Positions 18,060-28,497 are shown, numbered from the stretch's first letter. The stretch is 64,000 nt of DNA from Oscillospiraceae bacterium (GCA_017829005.1 JAGAJF010000148.1:838-64837), one strand, 5' to 3'. Notes: generated by a model from the sequence alone, not told the origin. Made by a program: numbers and translations.

Positions 18060-19040
18060 ATGTGTACCGCAGCGACCTATACTACCGACAGCCTTTACTT
18101 CGGAAGGACTCTCGATTATGAATTTTCATACGGTGACGCCGTTACAGTTATGCCGAGAAATTATCCCGTTAAATTCCGTCACCTTCCCGAGATGACAGGA
18201 CACTTTGCTCTTATCGGAATGGCTTGCTCAGCCTTTGAATATCCTCTTTTCTATGACGCTATGAACGAGAAGGGGCTTTGTATGGCAGGGCTTAATTTCG
18301 TTAAAAGCGCAGATTACAAGGAGCCTTTGAGCGATAAGGTCAACATAGCTCAGTTTGAGTTTATCCCATATATTCTGGGACAGTGTGCCACGGTAAAGGA
18401 GGCAAGGGAGAAGCTTGCGGATATAAATATAACAAGCGACCAATATGCTCCCGACCTTCCCGCTGCAAAGCTCCACTGGATAATTGCCGACAAGGAGGAA
18501 GCTGTTACGGTGGAGTCGGTGAAGGAGGGCGTGAAGATATATGACAACCCCGTTGGCGTGCTTGCAAACGAGCCTGCCTTTGATATTCAGATGTTTAATC
18601 TGAATAATTATATGTCTTTGTCGCCAAAAAATCCCGAAAACAGCTTTTCGGACAGGCTTTCTCTTAACGCATACAGCCGCGGTATGGGCGGAATGGGTCT
18701 CCCCGGCGACCTTTCCTCAATGTCAAGATTTGTAAGGGCGGCATACACGAAAATGAACTCCCTTTCGGGCAGCTCGGAAAATGAGAGTGTCAGCCAGTTT
18801 TTCCACATCTTAAACTCTGTTGACCAGCAGAGAGGCTGCTGTATGGTGGACGAGGGAAAGTATGAGATAACCCTTTACACCTCCTGCTGCAGTGCCGACA
18901 AGGGGATTTACTACTACACCACCTACGAAAATCATCAGATAACCGCTGTTGATATGAACAGGGAAGACCTTGACGGCAGAGTTCCTGTAAAATATCCCCT
19001 CATTACGGGAGAGCAGATAAAAATTCAGAACGCAGGCTGA
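18060..19040 (+). CDS. bsh: Choloylglycine hydrolase (bile salt hydrolase / penicillin V acylase family)
   Basis: AGGAGG 7 nt before MCT (Cys2 nucleophile); GRTLDYE, DAMNEKGL, GLPGDLSSMSRF. Confidence 0.9.
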   Translation: MCTAATYTTDSLYFGRTLDYEFSYGDAVTVMPRNYPVKFRHLPEMTGHFALIGMACSAFEYPLFYDAMNEKGLCMAGLNFVKSADYKEPLSDKVNIAQFEFIPYILGQCATVKEAREKLADINITSDQYAPDLPAAKLHWIIADKEEAVTVESVKEGVKIYDNPVGVLANEPAFDIQMFNLNNYMSLSPKNPENSFSDRLSLNAYSRGMGGMGLPGDLSSMSRFVRAAYTKMNSLSGSSENESVSQFFHILNSVDQQRGCCMVDEGKYEITLYTSCCSADKGIYYYTTYENHQITAVDMNREDLDGRVPVKYPLITGEQIKIQNAG

Positions 19041-19098
19041 GCCTGCAGCCGCTCGTTCTGTAATTTATTCGGGCGGCAGACTGTCGGCTCGGTAACGG
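19032..19098 (-). repeat. Third copy of the 67-bp palindromic element; supplies the bsh stop codon
   Basis: Reverse complement matches copy 2 except for 15 central nt and 2 transitions. Confidence 0.9.
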
Positions 19099-19282
19099 TG
19101 CAAATAAGCTACCCAGAAAAATTATTATGCGTTAATGCGTTTTGCCCTTTTGGGCAGAAAATTTGCATTAACGCTTCTTTTTGCCTGCATTATTTACGTA
19201 ATATTAACAAACCTTGCCCGATTTTATGTTATTATAATTTTATATATGTTTTTTATTTTATAAATTGAAAGGATTGTGAGAA

Positions 19283-20815
19283 ATGGGATTTTTTGCAAAT
19301 GTAGATGTTCCTGTGCTCATCGCGTTCCTGCTCTATCTTGCGGGTATGCTGGCAATAGGCTTTTACTTTTCAAACAAGTCAAAGAAAATGAGCGACTACT
19401 TCCTTGCGGGAAGAAAGCTTGGCGGCTGGGTAACGGCTATGTCCGCTCAGGCTTCGGATATGAGCGGCTGGCTGCTTATGGGTCTCCCCGGAGCGGCGTA
19501 TGCAACGGGTATGGGCAATTACTGGATAGCCATCGGTCTTGCTGTGGGCACTATTCTTAACTGGGCGTTCGTTGCAAGACCCCTCAGAAGATTTACCGAG
19601 GTCTGCGGTGACTCCATTACCATTCCCCAGTATCTCCAGAACCGCTTCAAGGCGGACAGCCCTCTTATCAGAATGGTATGCGCTCTGGTAATATTCATCT
19701 TCTTCCTTGTGTACACCACATCGGCATTCGTTTCGGGCGGAAAGCTTTTCCAGGTGGTTTTCAATATCGACCCCGCAAACGAGACATACACAAAAATGGC
19801 GGTCATTATTTCCGCGCTTATCATCATCACCTACACCTTTATGGGCGGCTTCAGCGCTGTTGCCTGGACGGATTTCATTCAGGGAATACTTATGTTTGTA
19901 ACTATTGTGGCGCTCCCAATTGCCCTTGTTGCAAATACTCAGAATTTCTCCCCCGAAATGCTTGACGCAACTCAGAAGATAGTTGCAGAGGGTGCAGACG
20001 CAAGCGGATATATGTCCCTCACCTCGAATATGAGCGGCATTGACATCATAAGCAATCTTGCCTGGGCGCTGGGCTATTTCGGTATGCCCCATATTCTCGT
20101 AAGATTTATGGCGATAAAGGACACCAAGGAAGTCAAGAAATCGGGTATCATCGCTATTGTATGGGTGGTAATTTCCCTGACTGCCGCTGTGCTTATCGGT
20201 ATCTTGGGAAGAGTTTTCCTGGATTCTCAGGGCGTGGTTCTCGGAGCTGCCGAGCAGGAGCTTATCTTTATTAAGACTGTTAAAATGCTCTTCCCCTCGT
20301 TCCTGGGCGGTATTTTCCTCTCAGCGGTGCTTGCTTCCATTATGAGTACCGCAGACAGCCAGCTCCTTGTTACCGCTTCGGCTGTTGTCAACGACTTCTA
20401 CAAGGTCATTGTGAGGAAAGAGGTTTCGGAAAAGAAGCTTATGTGGATAAGCAGGATCGCTGTTATCGCAATTTCCGTAATTGCCTGCATTCTTGCTCTT
20501 AATCCCAACGATTCCATTATGGGCATCGTTTCAAACGCATGGGCAGGCTTCGGCGCTGCTTTCGGTCCTGCAATACTCTTCTCCCTTTACTGGAAGAGAC
20601 TTACCCTCAAGGGTACTGCCGCAGGCATCATCGGCGGTGCGGCTACGGTTCTGCTGTGGGAATACATTCTTCCCGATACGGTTACTATGGGGCTTTACTC
20701 CATTATCCCCGGCTGCATTGTTTCCGTTCTCCTTACCGTTATCGTTTCTCTTATTGACAAGGCTCCCTCCGATGAGGTTTGTGCGCTCTTTGATACGGCT
20801 AAGGCTGAGAAGTGA
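19283..20815 (+). CDS. putP: Sodium/proline symporter
   Basis: SAQASDMSGWLLMGLPG, GYFGMPHILVRFM, SIMSTADSQLL. Confidence 0.92.
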   Translation: MGFFANVDVPVLIAFLLYLAGMLAIGFYFSNKSKKMSDYFLAGRKLGGWVTAMSAQASDMSGWLLMGLPGAAYATGMGNYWIAIGLAVGTILNWAFVARPLRRFTEVCGDSITIPQYLQNRFKADSPLIRMVCALVIFIFFLVYTTSAFVSGGKLFQVVFNIDPANETYTKMAVIISALIIITYTFMGGFSAVAWTDFIQGILMFVTIVALPIALVANTQNFSPEMLDATQKIVAEGADASGYMSLTSNMSGIDIISNLAWALGYFGMPHILVRFMAIKDTKEVKKSGIIAIVWVVISLTAAVLIGILGRVFLDSQGVVLGAAEQELIFIKTVKMLFPSFLGGIFLSAVLASIMSTADSQLLVTASAVVNDFYKVIVRKEVSEKKLMWISRIAVIAISVIACILALNPNDSIMGIVSNAWAGFGAAFGPAILFSLYWKRLTLKGTAAGIIGGAATVLLWEYILPDTVTMGLYSIIPGCIVSVLLTVIVSLIDKAPSDEVCALFDTAKAEK

Positions 20816-20830
20816 CCTTAGTATAAAAAT

Positions 20831-20870
20831 AACACGCTGTCCTGCATTAGTACGGACAGCGTGTTTTATT
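20831..20870 (+). terminator. putP terminator
   Basis: aacacgctgtcc / ggacagcgtgtt followed by ttatt. Confidence 0.85.
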
Positions 20871-20903
20871 AAAAAAGCGGTGCTTCATAAGCACCGCAAG
20901 GTT

Positions 20904-21233
20904 TTATGCTATTCTGTTAAGCTCGCTCTGCATAAGGCAGTAGGGAACGATGCCAAGTCCGATACAGGTAAGAATAACGTAAAGGATGCCTGTATTTCCG
21001 CCTGTGTTGCCGCTTATCTCGTCCACCTTCTGACCCTGCTTGTATGTCCAATAAAATGAGTAGATGCCAAAGGTGAGAATAGAGTAGACAAAAGCTGTTC
21101 CTCCACCTGCAGTTTTGGTGTCAGCGTTGGCATTAAGCTCGTCTGTAAGCTTAATGAACCAAAAGATACCATAGATACCGCCGGTGATCAGCCAGAAGAT
21201 GATACAAAGCGGAATGCTTCTGTTTGTTGCCAT
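20904..21233 (-). CDS. DUF4234-like membrane protein
   Basis: ITGGIYGIFW, TFGIYSFYW, MQSELN. Confidence 0.75.
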   Translation of the reverse strand: MATNRSIPLCIIFWLITGGIYGIFWFIKLTDELNANADTKTAGGGTAFVYSILTFGIYSFYWTYKQGQKVDEISGNTGGNTGILYVILTCIGLGIVPYCLMQSELNRIA

Positions 21234-21352
21234 AAAAAATTACCCCCATAAAAAAATTAGTTGTTTTCAAACTTGCTTATAGGATAACATATTTTGACAA
21301 ATATGTCAATAAAAATTTATATTTTTACATTTTATTCATAAGGAGGCTTATT

Positions 21353-21865
21353 ATGCAAGGCAATACCGACTGCTGCTTCTGCTCGGGAAAGGACTGGTTC
21401 CGCTACAGAGTTGGAGCCATAATTATTTCGGGTGAGTACGCTCTTTTTGCATACAGCGAAAGGGATAAATACTATTATTCCGTAGGCGGAGGAGTTCATG
21501 TGGGAGAACATTCCTGTGACGCCGTTTTGCGCGAGACTATGGAGGAAACGGGAATGAAGCTTGAGATAGAGCGCCCTCTGTGCATTGTGGAGAATTTCTT
21601 TTTTGGTACGGAAGGGTCTCTCAATGGGCTTAATTGTCACGCTCTGGAATTTTACTACCTGATGAAGCCCGCCGAAAAGGCGGAGATAAATGTTCGGAGC
21701 ATTACGGCTGACGGCGTTTCCGAGAAAATGTGCTGGCTGCCTGTTTCCCGCCTTGAGGAGTACGATATCCGCCCGAAAATTGCGGTAAGACTTGCTTCGG
21801 CACCGCCGAAGGAGTTTTCGTTTTTTGTTAATGAGCAGAGGAACTTATCGGGAGTTGCCGAATGA
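21353..21865 (+). CDS. NUDIX hydrolase
   Basis: GGGVHVGEHSCDAVLRETMEETG Nudix box. Confidence 0.9.
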   Translation: MQGNTDCCFCSGKDWFRYRVGAIIISGEYALFAYSERDKYYYSVGGGVHVGEHSCDAVLRETMEETGMKLEIERPLCIVENFFFGTEGSLNGLNCHALEFYYLMKPAEKAEINVRSITADGVSEKMCWLPVSRLEEYDIRPKIAVRLASAPPKEFSFFVNEQRNLSGVAE

Positions 21866-23407
21866 TGATATCTGCTGAGCAGCTTTTTCCTTCCTTCCTG
21901 CCGAGATGAGTGCAAACGCTGCCGAAGATGCCGCTGCAAAGAGAATGAGACTTACAAGCTCTCCCGAAAACTGTGCCTTCGATATCCTTACCACCGCCGC
22001 ACTGAAGCCGCAGCAGGCAAGTCCTTTAAGCAGGGGACAGAGGACATATCCCTTGATATCAAAGCGCAGTCCCGATTCTCTGCACACCACTATTATCCTT
22101 GCGATATTGCTCAGCACATTGCTTGCGTAATATGAGATAAGCACGCCGCCGAAGCCTATTTTTCCCACGAATATCATTACACAGCCTATCCTCACCGCAT
22201 ATTCAAACAGGGAATTTACGGTGGAGAAATTCTGCCTGCCCATTCCCTTTAAAAGCCCCTCAAGGACTATTTCCAGATAAATAAAGGGAATGACGGGAGC
22301 GAGTATCACAAGAGAGCGGCTTACAAGCTCATCGCTCGGGCAGAGTACCCGTCCTGCCATATCTCCGCCGAATAAAAACAGGGCGGATATGAAAAATGCA
22401 TAGGAAAAGGCTTTGCGGAAGGCTCCGTCTGTCAGTGAGGCAAGCCTTTTTTGACGTATTTCTTTGTCGGCACAGCGGTTTGCCAGAGCCGCTTCGGGTA
22501 TGATTATTCCCGAAAGGCTTGTAAGGACTGCCGAGGGGAAAAATACTGCGGGAATGATAAGAGCTTCAAAGCAGCCGTAGCAGCTGAGCGCTTCCTCGGC
22601 GCTCCTGCTGTGTTTTAAAAGTGCGGCAGGCACTAAAAGCTCGTTGGCGGCAGACATCAGCATCTGGACATATCCGCTGAGCAAAATGGGCAGAGAGCCT
22701 TTCAGATATCCCCCGAAGGTATCGGTGGCAAGGGGAGCGGTGCAGGGGGGCAGTCCTCTGAAGGATTTGTATTCCTCCGAATATTTTATGAGGTAATACA
22801 CAAAGCTTACAAATTCTCCGAAAAGTATGCTTGCCGCCGTTACGGCATAAAACAGCTCTGTGCCGCCGAAAAAAAGCAGTCCCGAAAAAAGGCTTGCCCA
22901 TTTTGCGGCAAATTCCATAAGGTCTCCTCGCATAGGCACGTCCACACGGCGTATCCCGTGAAAATACCCCTTTATGCAGGAGCCTGCCGAGGCAAAGGGA
23001 AGGCTCAGGGCAATAAAACGCACTGCAAGGGCAAGCTCATTGCTGTGGAGGAGCTTTGTGCCGATAAGCTCTGCTGCCGAAAACGAGCATATGCCGAAGG
23101 TGAGGGACAGGCAGAAGGAAAATGTCAGGGAGTATCTCATTACCTTTGAGAAATTTCTATGCCCCGCACCTCTTGCCTCGGAGACAAAGCGGCTGGTGGA
23201 GGTCAGTATATTTCCGTTTGCAAGCACCATGATAAAGCTGAAAAGGGAAAATATAAGCGACATAAGTCCCACAGCCGCCGTTCCTGCCTTGTCCGACAGA
23301 AGGGCATTGAATACCATTGCGGCGGTCTGCATAGCAAGACTGAGCAGGGTCATTTTTACGGCGTCGCGGGCAATTTGCTTCTCGGAAACGCACAGCACGT
23401 TCATCAT
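21845..23407 (-). CDS. SpoVB/MurJ-like MOP-superfamily flippase
   Basis: About 12-14 TM; IKGYFHG, LLKGMGRQ, ISYYASN. Confidence 0.78.
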   Translation of the reverse strand: MMNVLCVSEKQIARDAVKMTLLSLAMQTAAMVFNALLSDKAGTAAVGLMSLIFSLFSFIMVLANGNILTSTSRFVSEARGAGHRNFSKVMRYSLTFSFCLSLTFGICSFSAAELIGTKLLHSNELALAVRFIALSLPFASAGSCIKGYFHGIRRVDVPMRGDLMEFAAKWASLFSGLLFFGGTELFYAVTAASILFGEFVSFVYYLIKYSEEYKSFRGLPPCTAPLATDTFGGYLKGSLPILLSGYVQMLMSAANELLVPAALLKHSRSAEEALSCYGCFEALIIPAVFFPSAVLTSLSGIIIPEAALANRCADKEIRQKRLASLTDGAFRKAFSYAFFISALFLFGGDMAGRVLCPSDELVSRSLVILAPVIPFIYLEIVLEGLLKGMGRQNFSTVNSLFEYAVRIGCVMIFVGKIGFGGVLISYYASNVLSNIARIIVVCRESGLRFDIKGYVLCPLLKGLACCGFSAAVVRISKAQFSGELVSLILFAAASSAAFALISAGRKEKAAQQISSFGNSR

Positions 23408-23577
23408 AGTTTTTTCACCTTTAATATTTTTTCTTTAGAATATTATATTTCAGACGGTGCGGTATTATGACGATACTGAATTATGATAAAAAGCAGCAAG
23501 CGAAGACGGATTTAGCTCCCTGCCTTTGGGTCAGCTTTTGTATCGTTACAGATATCATTATCCGATGCGCACATACA

Positions 23578-23831
23578 ATTGACAAAAATGCCGCCGTAAA
23601 TGGGGTGTTCTTGCCTTACATACGAAATAAATATGTAATAAGCGAAACCATGCATACAGGTGGGCATTTGCAAAGTTATTATGATGAGATCGAAGACAGA
23701 TTTAAAAAAACGTCCGAACGTATTGCTGAAAAAATCTAAGTCGTGACGAGGCTATAGAAGAGATTTACTCGGAATTAGATGACATACGCAAAGATTTATT
23801 AAACGGCAAACTTAAAACCAATAATTCATAG
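23578..23831 (+). pseudogene. Remnant of an AHH-type HNH nuclease toxin C-terminus, frameshifted
   Basis: IDKNAAVNGVFLP...MHTGGHLQSYY; one extra A in the A6 run at 23729-23734 continues NLSRDEAIEEIYSELDDIRKDLLNGKLK. Confidence 0.7.
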
Positions 23832-23854
23832 TAAAATATTTAGGAGGAATTATT

Positions 23855-24808
23855 ATGAAAATATATGAGTTATACACGGCAGAAGAAGGAGCAACCTGTT
23901 GTTATTCAGAGAATAATAAGATAGATATCTTGGATTCATGGAAAAAATATTATCAATACATTAATAATGATGATTTTATTGTTAATTGGGATACAACTTT
24001 TTTCTATCTCAACGATGAGATCAATAAGAATAAGGTTAAACAAAATATAATGCGATATAATAATCGATATTTCATAGTTGATAATAAAACCAAGGAAATG
24101 ATTGCATCTGCCTTCGGCGAATATATTCAATTTTTAGAGGCTGTTAATGAGGAGGATCTGTCTGCAAAATATTTTTTATTATACCCTGTTCGCAGCCTGG
24201 ACGCACTTGATATTGATAAATCCGAATGCAGGTTTATGGACGAGGAAAAGCTGTATATATCGACGATTTATAAGCATATTTTTAAAAATGACATTGAGTA
24301 TTATCCTGTTTTTAAGTTAAGACGAAAAGAAGTCGTCAATAAATCTCATGTGTATGCGACCGATGAATTTAAAAATTTTATTGAGGAAAACAATATTACG
24401 GGTTTTGATTTTGTCGAGGTTTATGACAGCGAGACCTGTAATTCAGACAATGAAACGTCAGAAGAAACAAAAGCTCCTGTCAGCGAAATAACAACACATA
24501 ACAGCGGGAATTTTACAATGGGAAAACTAATGATACCAATGGCTCACGAGGACGGTGTTTTTGCAGCGGGAGATTTGCACAGCACCGGTGAATGTCTTGA
24601 AGCAGTGTATTTCTGCGGCATGATAACAAACAGTGCCAACAGTTATACTGTATACGATATTGATGACTGCGATATGGCAAGGGATATGGAAGTGACCTAC
24701 AGCAGCGGCAGGCTCAAATCCGTGTATGTTAATTCCGGCAATGCAAAAGTCCCTGTTTATATGTGCTTTGATTTCTCTTCGGGCAGTGAGCCGGAGATGT
24801 ATGACTAA
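23855..24808 (+). CDS. Imm11/DUF1629-like immunity protein with an extra C-terminal domain
   Basis: AGGAGG SD; IVDNKTK, DALDIDKS, VFKL, VYATDEFKNFIEENNITGFDF; AT-rich N-terminal part. Confidence 0.7.
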   Translation: MKIYELYTAEEGATCCYSENNKIDILDSWKKYYQYINNDDFIVNWDTTFFYLNDEINKNKVKQNIMRYNNRYFIVDNKTKEMIASAFGEYIQFLEAVNEEDLSAKYFLLYPVRSLDALDIDKSECRFMDEEKLYISTIYKHIFKNDIEYYPVFKLRRKEVVNKSHVYATDEFKNFIEENNITGFDFVEVYDSETCNSDNETSEETKAPVSEITTHNSGNFTMGKLMIPMAHEDGVFAAGDLHSTGECLEAVYFCGMITNSANSYTVYDIDDCDMARDMEVTYSSGRLKSVYVNSGNAKVPVYMCFDFSSGSEPEMYD

Positions 24809-25208
24809 AAATATGCAAGCAGATGAGGTGCTAAGGTTTTAGCCGGACTGATCTGATCGATCGATAGAAAAATTCGGCAGATATAACTTAACCGCTCTGC
24901 GTCAAATTCCCTTCTCTGTGTCAAGCTATGCTTGAAATATTGCCTGCAGTCGTTTGGGGTTTTCGGAATCAGGCTTTGAAAAAATGATGAAATTACAAAA
25001 TTTATCTCCCCGTAAAATCCCACAACCGCAGAGAAAAAAACGCATAAAAACTGTGCAAAAGGTCAAAATAACTGTAAAGCTATTGTAATTCCCACCTGAA
25101 AGGTATATAATAATATTCGGATAAATATCACAGCAAGGATTGTACGTCTTTTTAAATCATACTAATCCGAATGGAATTATAATATTTGCACCGAAAGGCT
25201 GAGCAAAA

Positions 25209-26435
25209 ATGGAAAAACGTTTTATTTACGCCGATAATTCGGCTACAACAAAGGTCTCCGACAGTGTTCTTCGGGAAATGCTCCCCTATTTTACCGAGGA
25301 ATACGGCAACCCTTCAAGCATTTACAAGATAGGCAGAAGCGCAGGCAGAGCCATTGAGACTGCAAGAGAGAGGATCGCGGCAGTTTTTGGCTGCCAGCCC
25401 TCCGAGATATATTTTACCAGTGGCGGCTCCGAGGCTGACAACTGGGCTATAAGAGGCGCTGCGGCAAAGATGGCTGCAAAGGGCAAAAAGCACATCATCA
25501 CCACCGTGTTTGAGCATCACGCAGTTCTCCACACCTGCGAATATCTGGAAAAGCAGGGCTTTGAGGTAACATATCTCCCTGTGGGCGAAAAGGGTCTTAT
25601 CACTGCCGAACAGGTGGAAAATGCTATCAGGGAGGACACCGCTCTTGTTACCATTATGTACGCAAACAACGAGATAGGCACCATTATGCCTATTCCCGAA
25701 ATTGCTGAGGTTTGTCACAAAAAGGGAGTTCTGTTCCATACAGACGCTGTTCAGGCAATAGGCAATGTTCCCATAAATGTGGCTGAGCAGGGAATTGATA
25801 TGATGAGTATGTCGGGTCATAAAATTCACGCTCAGAAGGGTATCGGCTTCCTTTATGCGAAAAAGGGAATTGTCCTGCCAAATCTCATTTACGGCGGCGG
25901 TCAGGAAAAGGGCAGACGTGCAGGAACCGAGAATGTTCCCGCTATTATGGGTCTTGCCCGTGCGGTGGAGGACGCCTGCTCGGATATCCCCGAAAAGGCT
26001 GAGCGTATTACTGCCATAAGGGAGCATATTATTGACGGTATCCTGAAAAATGTCCCCGGTGCAAGGCTTAACGGCGACAGGGAGAAGAGACTGCCCGGAA
26101 ATATCAATATTTCCTTCCTGGGCGTTGAGGGCGAGTCTCTCCTGCTTATGCTTGATATGAACGGCATATGCGCTTCAAGCGGCTCTGCCTGCACCAGCGG
26201 CTCTCTTGACCCCTCACACGTTCTGCTGTCTCTGGGACTGCCCCACGAGGTGGCTCACGGCTCTATGAGACTTTCCATTGCCGACCCCATTACAATGGAG
26301 GACGGTGATTACATCATCGAGACGGTGACAAATGTGGTTGAGAAAATTAGAAATATGTCCCCTCTCTGGGAGGATATCAAAAATGGTAGACAGGGTACGG
26401 AGCGGCTTCTCAGCTTCGTATCACCTATCGAATAA
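25209..26435 (+). CDS. nifS: Cysteine desulfurase (NifS/IscS)
   Basis: [25 protein letters not shown]. Confidence 0.95.
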   Translation: MEKRFIYADNSATTKVSDSVLREMLPYFTEEYGNPSSIYKIGRSAGRAIETARERIAAVFGCQPSEIYFTSGGSEADNWAIRGAAAKMAAKGKKHIITTVFEHHAVLHTCEYLEKQGFEVTYLPVGEKGLITAEQVENAIREDTALVTIMYANNEIGTIMPIPEIAEVCHKKGVLFHTDAVQAIGNVPINVAEQGIDMMSMSGHKIHAQKGIGFLYAKKGIVLPNLIYGGGQEKGRRAGTENVPAIMGLARAVEDACSDIPEKAERITAIREHIIDGILKNVPGARLNGDREKRLPGNINISFLGVEGESLLLMLDMNGICASSGSACTSGSLDPSHVLLSLGLPHEVAHGSMRLSIADPITMEDGDYIIETVTNVVEKIRNMSPLWEDIKNGRQGTERLLSFVSPIE

Positions 26436-26450
26436 AGGAGTCTGATAACT

Positions 26451-26876
26451 ATGATGCTTTACAGCGAAAAGGTAATGGATCACTTTGCAAATCCCCGCAA
26501 CGTGGGCGAGATAGAAAACGCCGACGGTATAGGCGAGGTTGGAAACGCAAAGTGCGGCGATATTATGAAAATGTATATAAAGGTGGATAACGGCGTCATT
26601 TCCGATGTCAAGTTCAAGACCTTCGGCTGCGGCGCTGCTGTGGCTACTTCCTCAATGGCTACTGAAATGATAATGGGCAAGAGCATTGACGATGCCCTCA
26701 AGCTCACAAACAAGGCTGTTGTTGAGGCGCTTGACGGTCTGCCTGCTTCAAAAATTCACTGCTCCGTTCTTGCGGAACAGGCTCTCAAGAGCGCAATTGC
26801 CGATTATTATAAGAGGCAGGGCGTTGACCCCGAGCCTATTGTGGGCAAGATAGAAGAGTGCGAAGCCTGCCACTGA
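26451..26876 (+). CDS. nifU: Fe-S cluster scaffold (NifU/IscU)
   Basis: GNAKCGD, KTFGCG, LPASKIHCS. Confidence 0.95.
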   Translation: MMLYSEKVMDHFANPRNVGEIENADGIGEVGNAKCGDIMKMYIKVDNGVISDVKFKTFGCGAAVATSSMATEMIMGKSIDDALKLTNKAVVEALDGLPASKIHCSVLAEQALKSAIADYYKRQGVDPEPIVGKIEECEACH

Positions 26877-27071
26877 ATGACATTAACGGGATATGCCCTG
26901 CAGCTTATGGCATATCCTGTTTTTTTATATAAATATGTAAACCTTTTCACGATAATATATGTGAAAATGTGCCACGATTTTGTAAGTATTCACAAAAATT
27001 ATCGTGAAGTCTGCATATAGCATTATATCGGGTGTGTGTGATAAAATAAATATAAAGAGGCGTGTGCCTTG

Positions 27072-27137
27072 CTTTATATTTATGTTTTATTCTGAACAGT
27101 TCGGTGCTTTTAAAAGAATAAATAATAAATAATAAAG
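27072..27137 (+). repeat. AAAGAAT-type AT-rich hairpin element, empty form, upstream of pfk
   Basis: Left arm ctttatatttatgttttattct; right arm agaataaataataaataataaag; 21-nt loop. Confidence 0.6.
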
Positions 27138-27163
27138 AATAAACGTAAAAAGGACGGTATCAT

Positions 27164-28393
27164 ATGTTTAATATTGCTGTTGCCCAGTCGGGAGGACCCA
27201 CCTCCGCCATCAATGCTTCTCTTGCAGGCGTTTTCCGTCAGGCATCAAAGTCTCCCGAGATCGGCAAGATATACGGCTCAATAAACGGCATTGAGGGTAT
27301 GATAAACGGCAATCTTGTTCCCCTTGACAGCATTCTCACCTCGGAGCATGATGTGGAGCTGCTGAAAAAAACTCCCTCCACCGTTCTCGGCTCCTGCCGC
27401 TACAAGCTGGCGGAATATGACCCCACCGACAGCCGCACCGAGTCCGAATATATGAGGATCATAAACACCTTTGAGGAGTATGACATAAAAGCGTTTTTCT
27501 ACATCGGCGGCAACGACTCGATGGATACCGTTATGAAGCTTGACCGCTACTGCAAAGCGGTGGGAAAGGACGTTAAGATAATCGGCGTTCCCAAGACCAT
27601 TGACAACGACCTCCCCGAGACCGACCATACCCCGGGCTTCGGTTCGGCGGCGAAATACGTTGCCACCACCCTCCAGGAGATAATCAGAGACAGCAGAGTT
27701 TACAGCATACAGTCCATTACCATTGTTGAGATAATGGGCAGAAATGCAGGCTGGCTCACCGCTTCCTCCTGCGTTCTCCGTGCAAACGGAGAGCCTGCTC
27801 CCCACCTTATATATGTTCCTGAGGCATTTCCGAATGGTTTTGATATGGAGCATTTCCTTGATGACGTTGCACGTATGATGAAGCGTTACCGTGCGGTGAT
27901 CATCGCCGTTTCCGAGGGCATTGTCCCCACCGACAGGCAGTATGTGAAAACAGGGGCAGATGCCTTTGGTCATACTGATAATTCGGGTGTGGCGAAATAT
28001 CTTGAGCATCGCTGTGCGGATAAATTCGGCTGCAAGGTGCGTTCCATTGAGCTGAACGTTATGCAGAGGTGCAGCTCCCATATCGCTTCCCAGACCGATC
28101 TTGACGAGTCCGAAAGGATAGGCTCGGCAGCGGTGGACTGCGCTCTTGCGGGAAACAGCGGCAGAATGATGGGCTTTCGCCGCATAAGCAGCGAGCCTTA
28201 CAGGGTGGAGATAGTTTCCTTTGATGTGGCTCAGACAGCAAACAAGGAAAAATATTTCCCCGCAGAGTGGATAACCGATGACAAATGCGATGTTACTCCC
28301 GATGCTCTTAACTATTTCCTGCCCCTCATTCAGGGAGAGGTTACCACCGAATACAGAAACGGCATACCTGTTCATTTCAGACTTAATCAGTGA
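27164..28393 (+). CDS. 6-phosphofructokinase, probably PPi-dependent
   Basis: QSGGPTS, IGGNDSMDT (Asp at the G104 position), PKTIDND, MGRNAGW. Confidence 0.88.
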   Translation: MFNIAVAQSGGPTSAINASLAGVFRQASKSPEIGKIYGSINGIEGMINGNLVPLDSILTSEHDVELLKKTPSTVLGSCRYKLAEYDPTDSRTESEYMRIINTFEEYDIKAFFYIGGNDSMDTVMKLDRYCKAVGKDVKIIGVPKTIDNDLPETDHTPGFGSAAKYVATTLQEIIRDSRVYSIQSITIVEIMGRNAGWLTASSCVLRANGEPAPHLIYVPEAFPNGFDMEHFLDDVARMMKRYRAVIIAVSEGIVPTDRQYVKTGADAFGHTDNSGVAKYLEHRCADKFGCKVRSIELNVMQRCSSHIASQTDLDESERIGSAAVDCALAGNSGRMMGFRRISSEPYRVEIVSFDVAQTANKEKYFPAEWITDDKCDVTPDALNYFLPLIQGEVTTEYRNGIPVHFRLNQ

Positions 28394-28440
28394 TAATTTT
28401 GGGACAGCTTTTCACATTTGCTGTCCCGATTTTTATGCTC

Positions 28441-28497
28441 TATGCATATATGCAGTATAAAACGTATAATATACTGCATATATGCATATTTTATGCA
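28441..28497. promoter_or_regulatory. ArgR operator (ARG boxes) upstream of argG
   Basis: Perfect 19-bp inverted repeat tatgcatatatgcagtata-N10-tatactgcatatatgcata plus a further TGCATattttATGCA; promoter TTGACT..TATAAT follows at about 28558-28586. Confidence 0.8.

Noticed and set aside
24830-25020. Possible transposase N-terminal relic (…RF*PDLIDR*KN…AMLEILPAVVWG)
   Set aside because: Multiple stops and only vague resemblance to ISAs1-type N-termini; it cannot be supported without a profile search.
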